A stretch of 63,281 nt of DNA, counting the filler, from Octopus bimaculoides (taxonomy: Eukaryota): NCBI RefSeq assembly GCF_001194135.2. It is 6 parts of 5 records of this genome, joined end to end, with 100 filler letters (N's around TTAATTAATTAA, not from the genome) between each part and the next. Parts side by side here need not be neighbours in the genome. Positions count along the whole stretch, not along the records: positions 17,131 to 41,421 come from NC_068982.1; positions 41,522 to 46,365 come from NC_068991.1; positions 46,466 to 54,506 come from NC_068993.1; 3 more parts are not named here. One strand, given 5' to 3'. Both the position numbers and the translations under genes were made by a program. Numbering within the stretch: position 1 is the stretch's first letter; every line of letters begins with the position of its first letter. Shown piece by piece: positions 36,481 through 49,629 of the stretch. The notes under the pieces are model-generated. The model had not been told where the DNA came from. It was given only the letters and a program-made list of their open reading frames with translations, and searched no databases.

Positions 36481-37429
36481 TACACATACTGAAATGTGGC
36501 AAAATAATTTTTCTAACTTTAGTGTAGTAAATTATATTTTTCTCGTTTTACTAATTCTTTGGAAACTGCAGTTAATCAAAGTCAAGTCACTTCTGTGTGT
36601 GTGTGTGTGTACGCGTTGAGTTACATATTGACAAAATATATTACAATCATACACATATTTAATATAACTGGTTACGGAAACTATAACAAAACACACACGA
36701 CTTATTAACTCAAATCTCTACGGAATTTTAAGTAAAACGAGTGAAAAATATTTTACTACTTTTAGCATAAACAATTTCTTTTAAAAGATTTATGAAAGAA
36801 AAAAATGCCTTTACTATGCCCAAAGTGATAAAAATATTTTTGAAAATATTTCTACCGTTAAATGAGGAAAACAGACAATGAAGGAAGTAGGAAAATATTG
36901 AACGCAATCCTAAGCATCAAAATTGCATACATCCACAACCACACGCACACAAGGGCATGCGTAGAGAGATCGATACTCAGTACAAGCATCATGGACACCT
37001 GTTGTTGATTACTTTCAAAACAGGGAAAGTACAGCTCACACAGCAACCCATACACCTGCCCTGATACAATAAACACGCGCTTACATATGCTTTGGTCCAA
37101 TGGTAAAACACTTGTCACGTTTATATATAGGACATGAGGGTTCGAGTCCCACTGGCAGCCTTTGACTTTTTCTATTCAAAAGAGCTTTTCCAGCTCATTA
37201 TTTACATGCTGCTGTTTATAACTTTGTGTTCCCATATTAACTATTCCAAAGAAGAATTATTTCACGTTCTCTAAAAAGTTTATAAAATTCTTATGACGTC
37301 AAGAACGTGTGTATATGTGTATATATATATAGACATACACATACACACACTCATGTCTGGATACAAGTTACACCAAACAAGAGTAAAGATTCGCATTGCA
37401 TGTAAATACATAAGTGTTTTTGCCACTTA

Positions 37430-37640
37430 AACGTGGCTGACCCCTAAGGGTGGATGTTACTGTTGCTTTTAGCCCCAGGAGAATATCTCCTCCAGCTGGC
37501 TATCGACACACATCTGTGTCCTGTCTGTATTTGCAAAGGGAAGTCATCCTTCCCATCTTGATCTACGATACGTACGGACTCGAGTTTCTGGGTATTTTCC
37601 CGTCCTCAGCGTACGACAATCACCGACCTTCGATGCGAAA
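37430..37640 (-). mobile_element. Hammerhead-carrying dispersed element (family H1, copy 2)
   Basis: TTTTAGCCCCAGGAGAATATCTCCTCCAGCTGGCTATCGACACACATCTGTGTCCT followed by a hammerhead on the opposite strand at the same spacing as copy 1. Confidence 0.78.
37571..37615 (-). ncRNA. Minimal type I hammerhead ribozyme with palindromic stem III
   Basis: Minus strand CGTACG-CTGAGGA-CGGG(AAAATA)CCCA-GAAA-CTCGAG-TC^CGTACG: 6-bp stem I, intact core, 3-bp stem II with a C/A mismatch at its base, GUC triplet. Confidence 0.82.
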
Positions 37641-37783
37641 GATATTCCTTTGCAAATATATATTGGTTTTAAGCCGATGATGATTCATTCCGTCGCTACT
37701 CGGAGCATATCACTTCTCGTAATCTTCCGTATGACATCTCTTTTGTAGTTGCCTAAAGAAAGTGTCTTCAGCTTCGAACGAAC

Positions 37784-37842
<59 letters not shown>

Positions 37843-37877
37843 AGTCAGTCTAACGTACATTCGAATTTACAGAGGAG

Positions 37878-37926
<49 letters not shown>

Positions 37927-38767
37927 AATAGAAAGATAGATAGATAGATAGAGATGTAACGTATACACCAAAAATACTGAATGTTTCTTTACAAAAGGAT
38001 CATTTGAAAATGATCGAAAAAACGTTGTGTAGTGCTGCACTATGAATAAATTTACAGACATATGTCTGTATTACAGATACCGGCGATAGAAATGGGGAGA
38101 TAATAGGAGTGAAATGCCTGACTTTCAACAAGTAAAGTAGGGCAACAGACGATTATTACCAGTGCAGACCGATTGAATGGCACATGTGACACACACACAA
38201 ACACACACAGTGCCTTTCAATTTCTGTCTCTCTGTCCTTCTCTCCTACCTCGTCTCCTTTTCTTACTCCTCATTTCTCTCACACAACCTCACTCTCTCTC
38301 TCTCTCTGACTAGCACTATTTCTCACAACCTCTCTCACTTGCTCATACAACCTTTCTCACTCTTTCCCCTCTCTCATACACATAACATCTCTCTCCCTCA
38401 CCTTTTCTCTGTGACTCTCTTTCACACAATCTTTCGTTCACACTCTCCTTTTTCTCTTTTGCTCAAACAAACGCATTTCTCCTCTATAACGCACTTTATA
38501 TCCCTCTCTCACTCAAACATAATATTTTTCTCCTCACTCTCAAGCACAGCTCTTCTCTTTCTCTTTCCTTCCTCTTACTTATCTTTTTTCTTTATATCTC
38601 CTCGTTCTCTCAGTGTCTGTCCGTCTTTCTCTCTCTCCCACATACACTAATTTTTTTCAGTCTCTCCCCCATACGTATAGCTTCTTCTCTTCCTTCTCTC
38701 TCACTCTCAGTTACTTTCACTTATGTTGATTCAATTCTTTCAACCGGTCTGTCTGTCTATCTGTCTA

Positions 38768-38821
<54 letters not shown>

Positions 38822-39764
38822 GCGCGCGCGCACTTTCTTCTCAAGTCAAAACTTGACATAGGAATTTCTCTTCAATTATTATTTGTTTTGCTGTTGGATT
38901 GCACTCTCGAGAATTCCCTGAATTTCAATTTTCTTCCTTCCTTCCTTCCTTTCTTTCTTTCTACAAACACACACACACGCATATATGTGTGTGTTGTGTA
39001 TGCTGGTACTATTTTCGTACTAGTTAACAAAACAGTACAGCAAAGCAAATAGCGATACTAGCTGAGATGGTCACATAATTCTCTATGTTGTTGCTTAGAG
39101 ACAGACCTGATCAAAGGCGTCCCACCCATGACCTCTTCCGTTAAAAATATAGTATATATCATTATAAGAGGCGACTACTCGTACATCAACCAGAACGTGC
39201 AATGTTAAAAAATCCCAGCCATATTAGCTAAGAAAGGGTACACAGAACATGTGTATACTTGTTTAACTGGGGTTTCTTATTCATAAAAAAAAAAAGAAGG
39301 AAATTTTATATGAAAATCCAATGTTTATTTGCATTTATTCAAACACACATGCACATATACTCGTATACAGATATACACACATATATATGTATATATATAT
39401 ATACACACACACATATATATACATACACAAACGCACATATATACATACACGAACACNNNNNNNNNNNNNNNNNNNNNNNNNNNNNNNNNNNNNCTCGTAT
39501 ACAGATATACACACATATATATGTATATATATACATACTTATATACACACACACGTACACACACACACACACATATATATATATACACACATATATATGT
39601 ATATATATATATACACACACACATATATATACATACACAAACGCACATATATACATACACGAACACATATATACATACACAAACACATATATTTACATAT
39701 ACACACACACAGACATATATATACATACACACACATATATATACACATGCACACACACCTACTA

Positions 39765-39915
39765 TCAGCTTTGGCATGGTATTTACAGCTGGATGCCCTT
39801 TTTAGTGCTAATCACTTACAGAGTGTAACGGGTGCTCTTTGGTAACATGCAGAAAGCACCCAGTACACTCTGTAAAGTAGTTGGCATCGGGAAGGGCATC
39901 CAGCCAAAGAAACCA
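39765..39915. repeat. Head-to-head inverted pair of RTE-tail fragments
   Basis: CAGCTGGATGCCCTT...CACTTACAGAGTGTAACGGGTGC versus GCACCCAGTACACTCTGTAAAG...GAAGGGCATCCAGC. Confidence 0.7.
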
Positions 39916-40529
39916 CGACAAAGCAGACTGTAGACCATTGAGACAGTCCTTGCATGATAGCTGTAAACGAGTGTTACTGTTATACAAGCAGTGTCAACCA
40001 TTTTAACTCTTTTGCAAAAACATGTTTGGTCATAAGAAAATGTTACTTTGCCTGGAAAAAAGATGAGAGTTGGCAACAGGAAAGGCATTTGTCACAACAA
40101 ACTGTGGATAAGTGGACATTAAAATGATGATGATGATACAAAAGACATCCTTGATAGCATATAATCTACTAAGGTGTTAATATCAGTAGGTGAGGGAGCA
40201 ACCTGTTATATTCTTTTCTTTTACCTAGGGTTATTATGGAAATATTTGCTGAAGCTATTTCCTGAGGATATGGAAACTTGCACTGAAATAAAACTGGGCT
40301 GGAGTACTAAATGTCACAATCATCACAATTTTCACATAACTCATTTTTGTACATGACACCTGGGGGGGGGGGTAGTATTAGGGTAGGATAAGGGGAAATA
40401 TGTAGCTGCAACAATTTTAATGCTTATCAAATGCTTCTGCCTTATGTTGTCTTTCAACCTGTTTAACAATAACAAATATACCTCTCTCAAATCATACAAT
40501 TCTACTACATATATATATATATATATATA

Positions 40530-40702
40530 TCATCATCATCATCATCATCGTCGTTTAACGTCCGCTTTCCATGCTAGCATGGGTTGGACGACTTGACTGA
40601 GGACTGGTGAAACCGGATGGCAACACCAGGCTCCAATCTAAATTTGGCAGAGTTTCTACAGCTGGCTGCCCTTCCTAACGCCAACCACTCAGAGAGTGTA
40701 GG
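40530..40702 (-). mobile_element. RTE 3' UTR/tail copy
   Basis: Reverse complement of the 6010-6170 tail including (ATC)n. Confidence 0.88.
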
Positions 40703-40718
40703 GTTATATATATATACG

Positions 40719-40975
40719 TGGAGGTGCGTAGCCTAGTGGTTAGGGTGTCAGCACCATGACTGTAAGATTGTGGTTTCGATTCCTGGACAGGGCGACGCGT
40801 TGTGCCCTTGAGCAAAACACTTCATTTCACGTTGCTCCAGTCCACTCAGGTGGCAAAAATGATTAATGCTGTGATGGACTGGCGTCCCATCCAGCTGGAG
40901 AACACATACACCATTGAAACCGGGAAACCGGGCCCATGAGCCTGGCTAGGCTTTAAAAGGGCGCATTTATTTATT
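40719..40975 (+). mobile_element. tRNA-derived SINE, third family (CORE-like middle)
   Basis: TAGCCTAGTGG (A box), GGTTTCGATTCC (B box), TTGTGCCCTTGAGCAAAACACTT and GTGATGGACTGGCGTCCCATCCAG. A related head lies on the minus strand at ~61590-61745. Confidence 0.75.
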
Positions 40976-41010
<35 letters not shown>

Positions 41011-41521
41011 TATATATGTGTATGTATATATATGTACATGCATATGTAACGCGTGTGTAGCATTGAAGTATGATCCAATATTTTTAGATAATACATTATA
41101 TAGCTCTATCTGTCATTACACAAGTTTACTCCATCTTTACATACGTTTGTCCATCTCCGTCTCAAAGACTTTATAATTCAACTATCCCTTAGTGAACAAT
41201 AATTTTCTGTCATATCTATTTTGTCATATCTATTTAACTGTTATTATGAAATTAGAGTTAGACTCTCTGATTTCTTTGTTACCATTCCCATGTAGAAGAA
41301 GTTTTTGTTTTCAGGAGAAGGAGTTCGAAAGAAGCATGTCTATGACACATTCATTCTGTTTTGATTCAGAAATATAAGCAATATCAAATGAATAATGCTT
41401 CCTTGTAGTCATGAATGGGGGNNNNNNNNNNNNNNNNNNNNNNNNNNNNNNNNNNNNNNNNNNNNTTAATTAATTAANNNNNNNNNNNNNNNNNNNNNNN
41501 NNNNNNNNNNNNNNNNNNNNN

Positions 41522-41955
41522 AATAACAACAAGTCTCCAGGATCTGATGGAATCTGTGCAGAAGTCTTGAAATATGGGGGTGACAAAATGATGGAACTCT
41601 TAAATATTTTAATTTGTCACTGTTGGAGAAGTGAGAAAGTGCCTCAAGACTGGAGTGATGCCATTCTTGTCTCCTTATATAAATCGAGGCCAAAGGATCT
41701 GTGTGGTAATTTTCGTGGGATTTCCCTTTTGTCTGTGGTTGGAAAGGTGCTCGCCCGCATTTTGTTAGAACGTTTAAATACCTTTATAGTTCCAAGTATG
41801 GTGTCTGAGTCTCAGTGTGGTTTTCGTTCCTCCAGGGGCACAGCTGATTGTATCTTTACTGTCAGACAATTACAGGAGAAGTGCATTGAACAGAATCTTG
41901 CTCTGTACCATTGCTTTGTTGATTTGAGCAAAGCATTCGATACTGTTAATATACT
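41522..41955 (+). mobile_element. RTE (BovB-like) LINE RT N-terminal fragment, truncated by the inverted-repeat element
   Basis: KSPGSDGICAE, VPQDWSDAILVSLYK, NFRGISLLSVVGKVLARIL, ESQCGFRSSRGTADCIF and FVDLSKAFDTV; homology stops abruptly at ~41955. Confidence 0.92.
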
Positions 41956-41956
41956 G

Positions 41957-42648
41957 TATATATGGAAAAAAAGTCAAGGTAGAAAATGCTAAAATAATTT
42001 AATAAAAAAGATTTCACTACCGGTTTCAGTCATTGAGACTTTTTCAACTGTAAGTACAGAAAACAATCAAATTTTGGAAAAATTAAAAGAAAAGTGTTTT
42101 TTTTAAAGAATATTTGCATAGTATTCAAATACAAGGGGCATTTTCCTTGTTACTGCTTGTTTCTGTCTCTCTTGTTTATTCTTGTGTGTTCGAAGTCGTT
42201 GTGAAGTCTTGGTAGGGAAGAAGAAGAAGAAGAAGAAGAAGAAGAAGAAGAAGAAGAAGAAGAAGAAGAAGAAGAAGAAGAAGAAGAAGAAGAAGAAGAA
42301 GAAGAAGAACGGAGAATAAGAAGGAATGTAGGTGGTATGATAGTAGTAAAGTATTAAATGGTCTAGTGACCTAAAAGTGGCTCGTTATGGATTATAGCGT
42401 TGATTGGGACTGTTTTTTAATAAATTCTTGGGGATCTCTTGAGTGTGTCATTATTAGTATTTGTGTGTATGTTTGTGTTATTCTAAGGACGCAATATTCT
42501 TTTAAAAACACTTTTCTTTTAATGTTTCCAAAATTTGATTGTTTTCTATACTTACAGTTGAAAAAGTCTCGATGACTGAAACCAGTACTGAAATGATTTT
42601 TATAAAATTATTTTAGCATTTTCTCCCTTGACTTTTTTCCATACATAT
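41957..42648. mobile_element. Inverted-repeat element (~160-bp arms 41957-42117 and 42491-42648) around a (GAA)n tract; both arms carry a U3-A8 hammerhead-like motif (family H2)
   Basis: Arms are reverse complements, roughly 85-90% identical by eye; (GAA)~30 at 42218-42308. Confidence 0.82.
42553..42592 (+). ncRNA. Minimal hammerhead with compensatory U3-A8 core (sister copy on minus strand 42013-42052)
   Basis: CAG-TTGAAAA-AGTC(TCGAT)GACT-GAAA-CCAG-TA^CTG. The sister copy reads CAG-TTGAAAA-AGTC(TCAAT)GACT-GAAA-CCGG-TA^GTG. Stem I is short. Confidence 0.62.
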
Positions 42649-43365
42649 CAACTCGTGTGTTCCTTTTCAACCCCCCCCCCCCATATATATATATATATAT
42701 ATACGAGTATACACACACATACACACAAACACACACACACATACAAATATGTATGCATACATACACATATGCATATCGCATGATCAGCGATATTTAATAA
42801 AGCTATTTTCTATCGTTAACTACTTTGTTTTTGTATTATGGCATTTTCCACAAACTTTTATAATTAATGCCTTTATCATTAACTTATTAATTACCATGAA
42901 GTATTTTGAGCAGTTCCTTACCGTTAAGTCTAGTTAATTTTCGTAGTAAATGCCGAGACCGTTGTTTGTATAAGCATCATTCAGGAATTGGTGGGTTTAA
43001 CTAAAGTTTATAGAAACTCGATGAATTGAGTCCGAGATTTCTTGTGCATTTTATTGGCATTAATTTTCTTGCCCTTGCTTTCAATCTCACACACATTTGT
43101 ATTTGTGTCTATACACACACACTCACACACACACACTCACACGAACACACGCACACACACACACACTCTCTCTCTCTCTCATCAACACACACTCATACAC
43201 ACGCGTGCACACACATACACACACATATACACATGTTACTTGTTTTGGTATATAACTGGAGAAAATGTTACTGCCGGTTTCGCGTCGCATGTTGCACTTA
43301 TACAATGTTCCCGACGCTTCAGACATACTCAGCAATATAAAAATGGACAACTAACTGATGACATT

Positions 43366-43493
<128 letters not shown>

Positions 43494-43499
43494 GTGCAT

Positions 43500-44650
43500 G
43501 TATATGTCTCTTCTATTTTTTAATTATTATAAATCTTCCACTGAGGAGGGAGCCGGTTTCATCTTTGGGATGTAGTTAACATAGAGAAATTCACATTTGG
43601 AACTTAAGAAAAGTCTTGCATATTTTTACTGTTCCACTCACAGATTGAACTTGTAATGTATGAATCAGCCGGTCAATTTCTCTTTCTGAAAATCCCAGTT
43701 TATCCAGATTCTCCTTTAAGCATTTACCAACAAAACCTTGTGCTCCAATTATTACTGGTATGAATATGAGTTCATAGTCTGGATATAGAAGCTGGAGGTT
43801 TGGAAGAAGTTGTCCATAGGTATCCTCTTTTTCTTTGATTCTCAAAGTGATATCTATGTCTGCAGGGCAGCTAACCTCTATGATGGTACATACCTTTGCA
43901 CTTCTGTCCCAAACAACAATATCTGCCTGTTATGTTTACATTTGACAGAAGTTTTGATGGGAATACCCCACCAGTATTTCTTGAGTTGGTTGTTATGAAT
44001 GTATTCCATAACTAAGGGATTTTCTAAGTTTATTTCAGGACAGTCTTTTTTGCTGATGGCTTAGAAATTGTTTTACCAAGAACATTGTGCGCATAAGGAG
44101 GTAGTACTGTGACGACATTTTAGGAGAGGTGCTAATCATTTGCGTAACGTCTTCCATAGAAACATGACGTAGCCTACACCTGTGGTTTCACCCTGGGATT
44201 ACGAGAGCGTCACTGTATCTCTTGTTCACCAGGTACTTTGTGGCAATTTCCTGTTCCTGGATTGCAAACGTATCGCCTTCAAAGTGTGATGTGATGTAGT
44301 GGTCTTGTGCGCTTCGTGTCAATTCTACTGTCCAGCTTGCAGAAAAATACCCATGCATGGTCTTTTCTTCCATGATGTGTGCTTTCCATTCAGGTCTTCT
44401 CTGAGGTAAGAGAGCCCAGCTGTTTTGGAGCTGTATAGGTGATGATCAGGAAGAGAGTATTTCTTGAGGAATTCACTGCCAACTCGTATAATGTTGCTCA
44501 CTTCACTTTTCAGGACTGCATTAATATATTTATTATTTTTGCTGCTGTTGTTTAACAGGTGCTGCCTGAGTGATACCATACGGCATTCGAAAGCCGTCTG
44601 CACTGATCTCAGGCCTCTACCAGCTTCTCAGGTAGAGCCTGTCAACATCA
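43500..44650 (-). mobile_element. R4/Dong-like RLE LINE, 3' ~1.1 kb
   Basis: CRMVSLRQHLLNNSS, MHGYF, HFEGDTFAIQEQEIATKYL and PVIIGAQG...LQVQSVSGTVKICKTFL (RLE C-terminus), then a 3' UTR shared with 36310 and 50945. Confidence 0.82.
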
Positions 44651-45957
44651 CTGTTTCTGTGGAAGTTGTATGTATGTATGTATATGCAAGTTGGTGGATG
44701 GGTAAATAGGTAGGTATGTATGTTGGTATATCGTTTACTTCTGCTGAATCTGATATATTTTGTTATAACGGCATTTTATAGTCTTGTTTACTTGGTCCAT
44801 TTCATAAAATTACGTGTCGGAATGTATTTTCAGCCTTCTTATTACATGTATTACTTGAGGTTACATAATATGAATTATATTATGTGTGTTACACAGCCCT
44901 CTCCAGTAGGTGGTGAGATTATATTGAACCGCCTCGACATATTCCCTAAAATTCGAATTGAAATAATCACAGACCAACTAGAAGTATCAACCGTTCAAAA
45001 TGCCTAAAATAATGGGTGAATATGTAACTTATATAATGTAATCTGTGTTACGTAACCTCATATGTAAAACATTGTAGACAAATAATGAGCTTTGCTATCA
45101 AAACGTACGTAGCATAATTTAAACGAAAATTAACTACATTCTGTTCATATACATTTATTCCTCACACACATATAGGTATATGCACACATATACACACAAA
45201 ATTTGTTAATATGTCCAAGGGGCCATGCTGTGGATGCGACACATTAGACATTCACGTGAGAACTCTCAGAAGAATTTCCTACAAAAACAGGAATAATTTT
45301 CTAAGAAATACCATCTTAGTATACTTATAAAACATATTTCCACTTCACTCTTTGTATTGAGTACTTTGCCGTGAATTGCGAATTTCCCTTATTTTGTATT
45401 TAAAAAACTTACAACAATATATGCGTATGCGTGTATTTGGGTGTGCGATTATGTATGTATATATGTATGTAATTGCAAGTTCAGTAGCATACACACGTTC
45501 GTAGAAACAAACAAGAGTAAATGTTTATTTCATATCTCTAATATTAACACGAACACAATTTCTCCATCCTTTAACACAAAGAACGATCAGTTTAAAGAAT
45601 TAACAAATATATTTCAACACATTGCCCAATGAAAGACGTTAATTTAAACATACCAGATTTCTCTTGATATTTAGGTATCTATTACTGGCCGTGAAACATT
45701 CTTCTTTCTTTCCCTCACACTCACAAACTCATATGCATAAATACACTAATACACACGCACGCACACATACACGTATGATATATCTGTCTATATATGTCTA
45801 TGTATCACTCTCTCTCCACAAACATATATGTATACACACACATGCTTGTGTGTGTGCNNNNNNNNNNNNNNNNNNNNNNNNNNNNNNNNNNNNNNNNNNN
45901 NNNNNNNNNNNNNNNNNNNNNNNNNNNNNNNNNNNNNNNNNNNNNNNNNNNNNNNNN

Positions 45958-46080
45958 GAATGTGTGTCGTTAGCCAGCTGGAGGAGATGTCTTCCTGGGG
46001 CTATAAATGTCAGTAGCACTGTCCTGTATAGGGCACCACACTTGGCTGGCAATTATATGTTACGATTCCGTATTGCTACT
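45958..46080 (+). mobile_element. Family H1 element, copy 3; the expected hammerhead position falls in the adjacent N gap
   Basis: GTGTGTCGTTAGCCAGCTGGAGGAGATGTCTTCCTGGGGCTATAAA is the reverse complement of the H1 motif at 37465-37510. Confidence 0.75.
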
Positions 46081-46465
46081 GTTTATATCTCGCTCATTGA
46101 TTTAATTTAGCTTATTTCTCCTTTTTCGAGATCAGCGACAGTTTGTCGCTTGAAAAAACATATAGTATTTTGCGAGTCGAGTGAGGTTTCATCGCTAGCT
46201 GGTGTTTCCCACAGATGTGAGTTGCGACTTCTGTTTGAGTTTCTGAATTGTTGAATTGCGGAGTTGTTGAGTTGATGTACTGTTGAATTGTTGAATTGTT
46301 GAGTATTGTGTTGTATTTGGGAAATTATTGAAGACTTTGTTTGGTTTCCCCATTTATGGGTGAAGNNNNNNNNNNNNNNNNNNNNNNNNNNNNNNNNNNN
46401 NNNNNNNNNTTAATTAATTAANNNNNNNNNNNNNNNNNNNNNNNNNNNNNNNNNNNNNNNNNNNN

Positions 46466-46790
46466 CTATTGTCATAGGTGCCCTAGGAATGACAGTGAAA
46501 CGGGCTGATTACTACCTAGCTCAGATACCAGGAAACCCCAAAATGGCTGAAGTTCAAAAGATAGTGTCTATGTGATCTCAAATTTTAAAACAAACACATA
46601 ATTTTCTTATGGTTTCTTAAACATTCTCTAGAACAACACTATGTACAAATCCAAATATATGGCACCCTAGGCATAACACCTACATAAGCTTCTAACTTGT
46701 TGTCTCTTGAGGTCTCTGGGTGAGACTTGGATCCAACTTGTACAAATGCAAAGCAAAAGTCAAACATAAAATAATAATAATAATAATCAA
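46466..46790 (+). mobile_element. R4/Dong-like LINE 3' end, second subfamily, ending in (TAA)n
   Basis: IVIGALGMTVKRADYYLAQIPGNPKMAEVQKIV, then 3' UTR and AAAATAATAATAATAAT. Confidence 0.75.
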
Positions 46791-47523
46791 CCAGTCAAGC
46801 ACTGAAGTTAATTAGCCACATCCCCCAAACTATCAAGTTTTGTGCATATAGTAGAAAGAATTATTAGAACTATTTTGATTTGTTTACAGAAGTAATGAAG
46901 CAAGACTACAAACTAGAAAAAAGGAAAAGTTGAAAAAAAAAAATTAAACCCCCCCACACACACACACGAACACCCAATTTTTGTTCATATTTAATTACTG
47001 ATTCAGAATGAACATTGACATAGCAAGTAGTTGGTGTCATAACTTCATCATAACCATCATCCTCATCATGTTTAAGTGAATTAAATAAAGGGGACAAATA
47101 GACCTTATATGTATTACATAAAGAAAATATAGAATATTAACAGGTTATTTTGGTTGTTTATTTAATGTTCATCTATCTATGTTAATATGGTTTGGGACAA
47201 GGATGCATTTGGAGCAGAATTTTATGACTTGATGCCCTTCCTGTCACCAGCCCATATCTGTTTTCAAATATTTTTTATTCTACAGGTTCTCAAAAGCAAA
47301 ATTGACCTGTCATCATGTCAAGAAGGTATATAAACGCATCAGTTTAATATAAACATACGGTTTCCCCACCACCAAATTCACTCACAAAGCATTACTTGGC
47401 TAAAGTAGAAGACATCTGTCCAAAATATAGCACAGCAGGACTGAATTTAAAACCATGTGGCTGTGAGATGAATTTCTTAACCACACATCTATGTCTGCAT
47501 CTACACATACTTTCTCTTTCTGA

Positions 47524-47562
<39 letters not shown>

Positions 47563-47980
47563 TTTTGAACAAATACACATCTCAGTCAAGGGTTAGCATG
47601 GTGTGGGGAGTGTTTAAACAACAGCAATAACAGTGACATTTTGAACGACATTAATGACAAGAAACGAAAGATCAATGTGTATCTCTAACATACCTGCTTG
47701 TAGTTTCTCCCTCTTCCGTTTTTCTAGTCCCTGGAAGGTAAAACGAGCACAGATAAATGGAAATGAATTTGATCTCTGTCTTACAAGTGGCATTTTAAAA
47801 AAAAATTTCTTTTTATTATTCACATATCAAATAGACTGAGGGCTTGAATAGAAACAAAGATAAAGATGACAAAGGACAAAAGAGAGGAAGAGGGAAAGAG
47901 AGAGCAAAGAAAATGACAAGTGTTTGGAGACGTGTGCGCGTGCACGCATGCGTGTGTATGAGTGTGTATGCATGGTATGT

Positions 47981-48018
<38 letters not shown>

Positions 48019-48577
48019 GCATTCATGTTTGAGTATAGAGGAAGATGGCAGGAAGAGGAGAGAGAGGGAGAGAGAGAGAGAGAACGTTATATGGAGGGAT
48101 GCAAGGATGTGATGAAAGTGTGTAAGAATGTATGAGTGTTTGAATGAGGAGAAAAATGACGGAAATAAAATTAAAATAAAAACAAAATGCTTAAAATACA
48201 ATAAAAATAAAGCTGCAACTAATAAATTAGGTTGAAATTGTTCAATTGTTAGAATAAGAGAAGAGAGTGAGAGCACTGTGGAGAGAGAGAGAAAGATAGA
48301 AAAAGGGGAGTACTTTTCCACAGAGAAACAACAACAATGAAAATAGAAAAAAAGAAACCTCTAGAACTTCCTACAGAACCAGGTTCACTCCTCTAAACAC
48401 ACACATACACATGTGAGTGTATGTGTATATACAAATATACACACACACGTGTGTGTATGTGCATATACATATATACACACACATACATGTATATACACCA
48501 TGCCATCATGGAAGGCGAACATTAAACAGTGATGATGATGATGATGATACACAAGGTAACAACAATAAAAGTAAATG

Positions 48578-48806
48578 AAAAACAAGACTATTTTATAACA
48601 ATGATGACTGCCACCACACCAACCACTAACACCAACAACACCACTACAAGGGGCCAACAAGAAGCCTCAATGTGGTCAGATACTTGCTTGATCTGAGAGA
48701 AAAATCAACCAAATGTCCTAGGAAAAAAAATGCATAGGATAATGTGGACTAGACTTCTCTGCACATAGGAAAATGACAGGATGGTCATGGCTGATATACT
48801 TTTGAT
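48578..48806 (+). repeat. ~230-bp direct repeat, second copy at 50325-50552
   Basis: AACAAGACTA...ATAACAATGATGACTGCCACCA...GTGGTCAGATACTTGCTTGATCTGAGAGAAA...GACAGGATGGTCATGGCTG.TATACTTTTGAT in both; small indels. Confidence 0.9.
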
Positions 48807-49629
48807 CATGTCTTCTCAAGCAGTACTGGCCTGGAATTAAACAAGAACAACAACTATGATAATAAATACCACTACCAACAAAAACAATCAAGAGGCAAAA
48901 TAGGGAGAAAAGGAGGATGGGGGATAAATGTTTCAGGAAGTGGTGGTGGTAGTAGAAGAGATGTCACTACATGACCATGTAGGAGGAAGAGTGGGTTAGT
49001 AGTCAAGAATGAGTTAAGACAATAGCTTTAGCTTTCCTTCCATGCTTTATTATTATCATCATCACCATATCACAACCAGGAACCAATGAATGAGGAAGCC
49101 TCTACATTTTTGCTCCACCTACTAAAAATAATTAGTCAAATATCCCTCAATTTACATATCCTATCGTCTTTAAAAAAGGACACATTGGATAATATAGTGC
49201 TTGGTTCTGTGCATACAGAAGAAAGATGGGTTGTTCATGGCTGGAGTGGTTTTGATACAGGCTTGTTTAATCAGAGCTGACCTTGTGCTAAATAACTGGA
49301 ACATGAGCCAATGAACTCACTATGCAGTCTCTAGACTTGTTAGGAATAGTAGACAAATATACTTTAAAAAAACAAAGACAGACTCACCACATTACCACAT
49401 TAGTATAGTCCTTGATATACACCCCATCCTCACCCCAGATAGTTAATGACTGGAACACCTTTGATCACAGGGTTGTTTAATCAGAGTTGGTACTGTGTTT
49501 TTCAGCAACAACATATCACATTTGTTGTCATCATCTCATCATAATCGTCGTTGTCATTTTCATCATCATCACTGCTACCACCCTAATCATTATCATCAGT
49601 ATCAGTAATTGACATCACTATTATACTCC

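Noticed and set aside
40255-40290. TTTC-CTGAGGA-TATG-GAAA-CTTGCACT-GAAA
   Set aside because: Stem II is absent and there is no UH cleavage site.
40594-40620. CTGAGGA-CTGGT-GAAA-CCGG in the RTE tail (also at ~6105 and ~9455 on the minus strand)
   Set aside because: No room for stem II, no NUH triplet and no stem I.
43535-43560. CTGAGGA-GGGAGC-CG-GTTTC motif (similar at ~51060 on the minus strand)
   Set aside because: It is the antisense of the R4-like LINE 3' UTR, and no GAAA or stem III follows.
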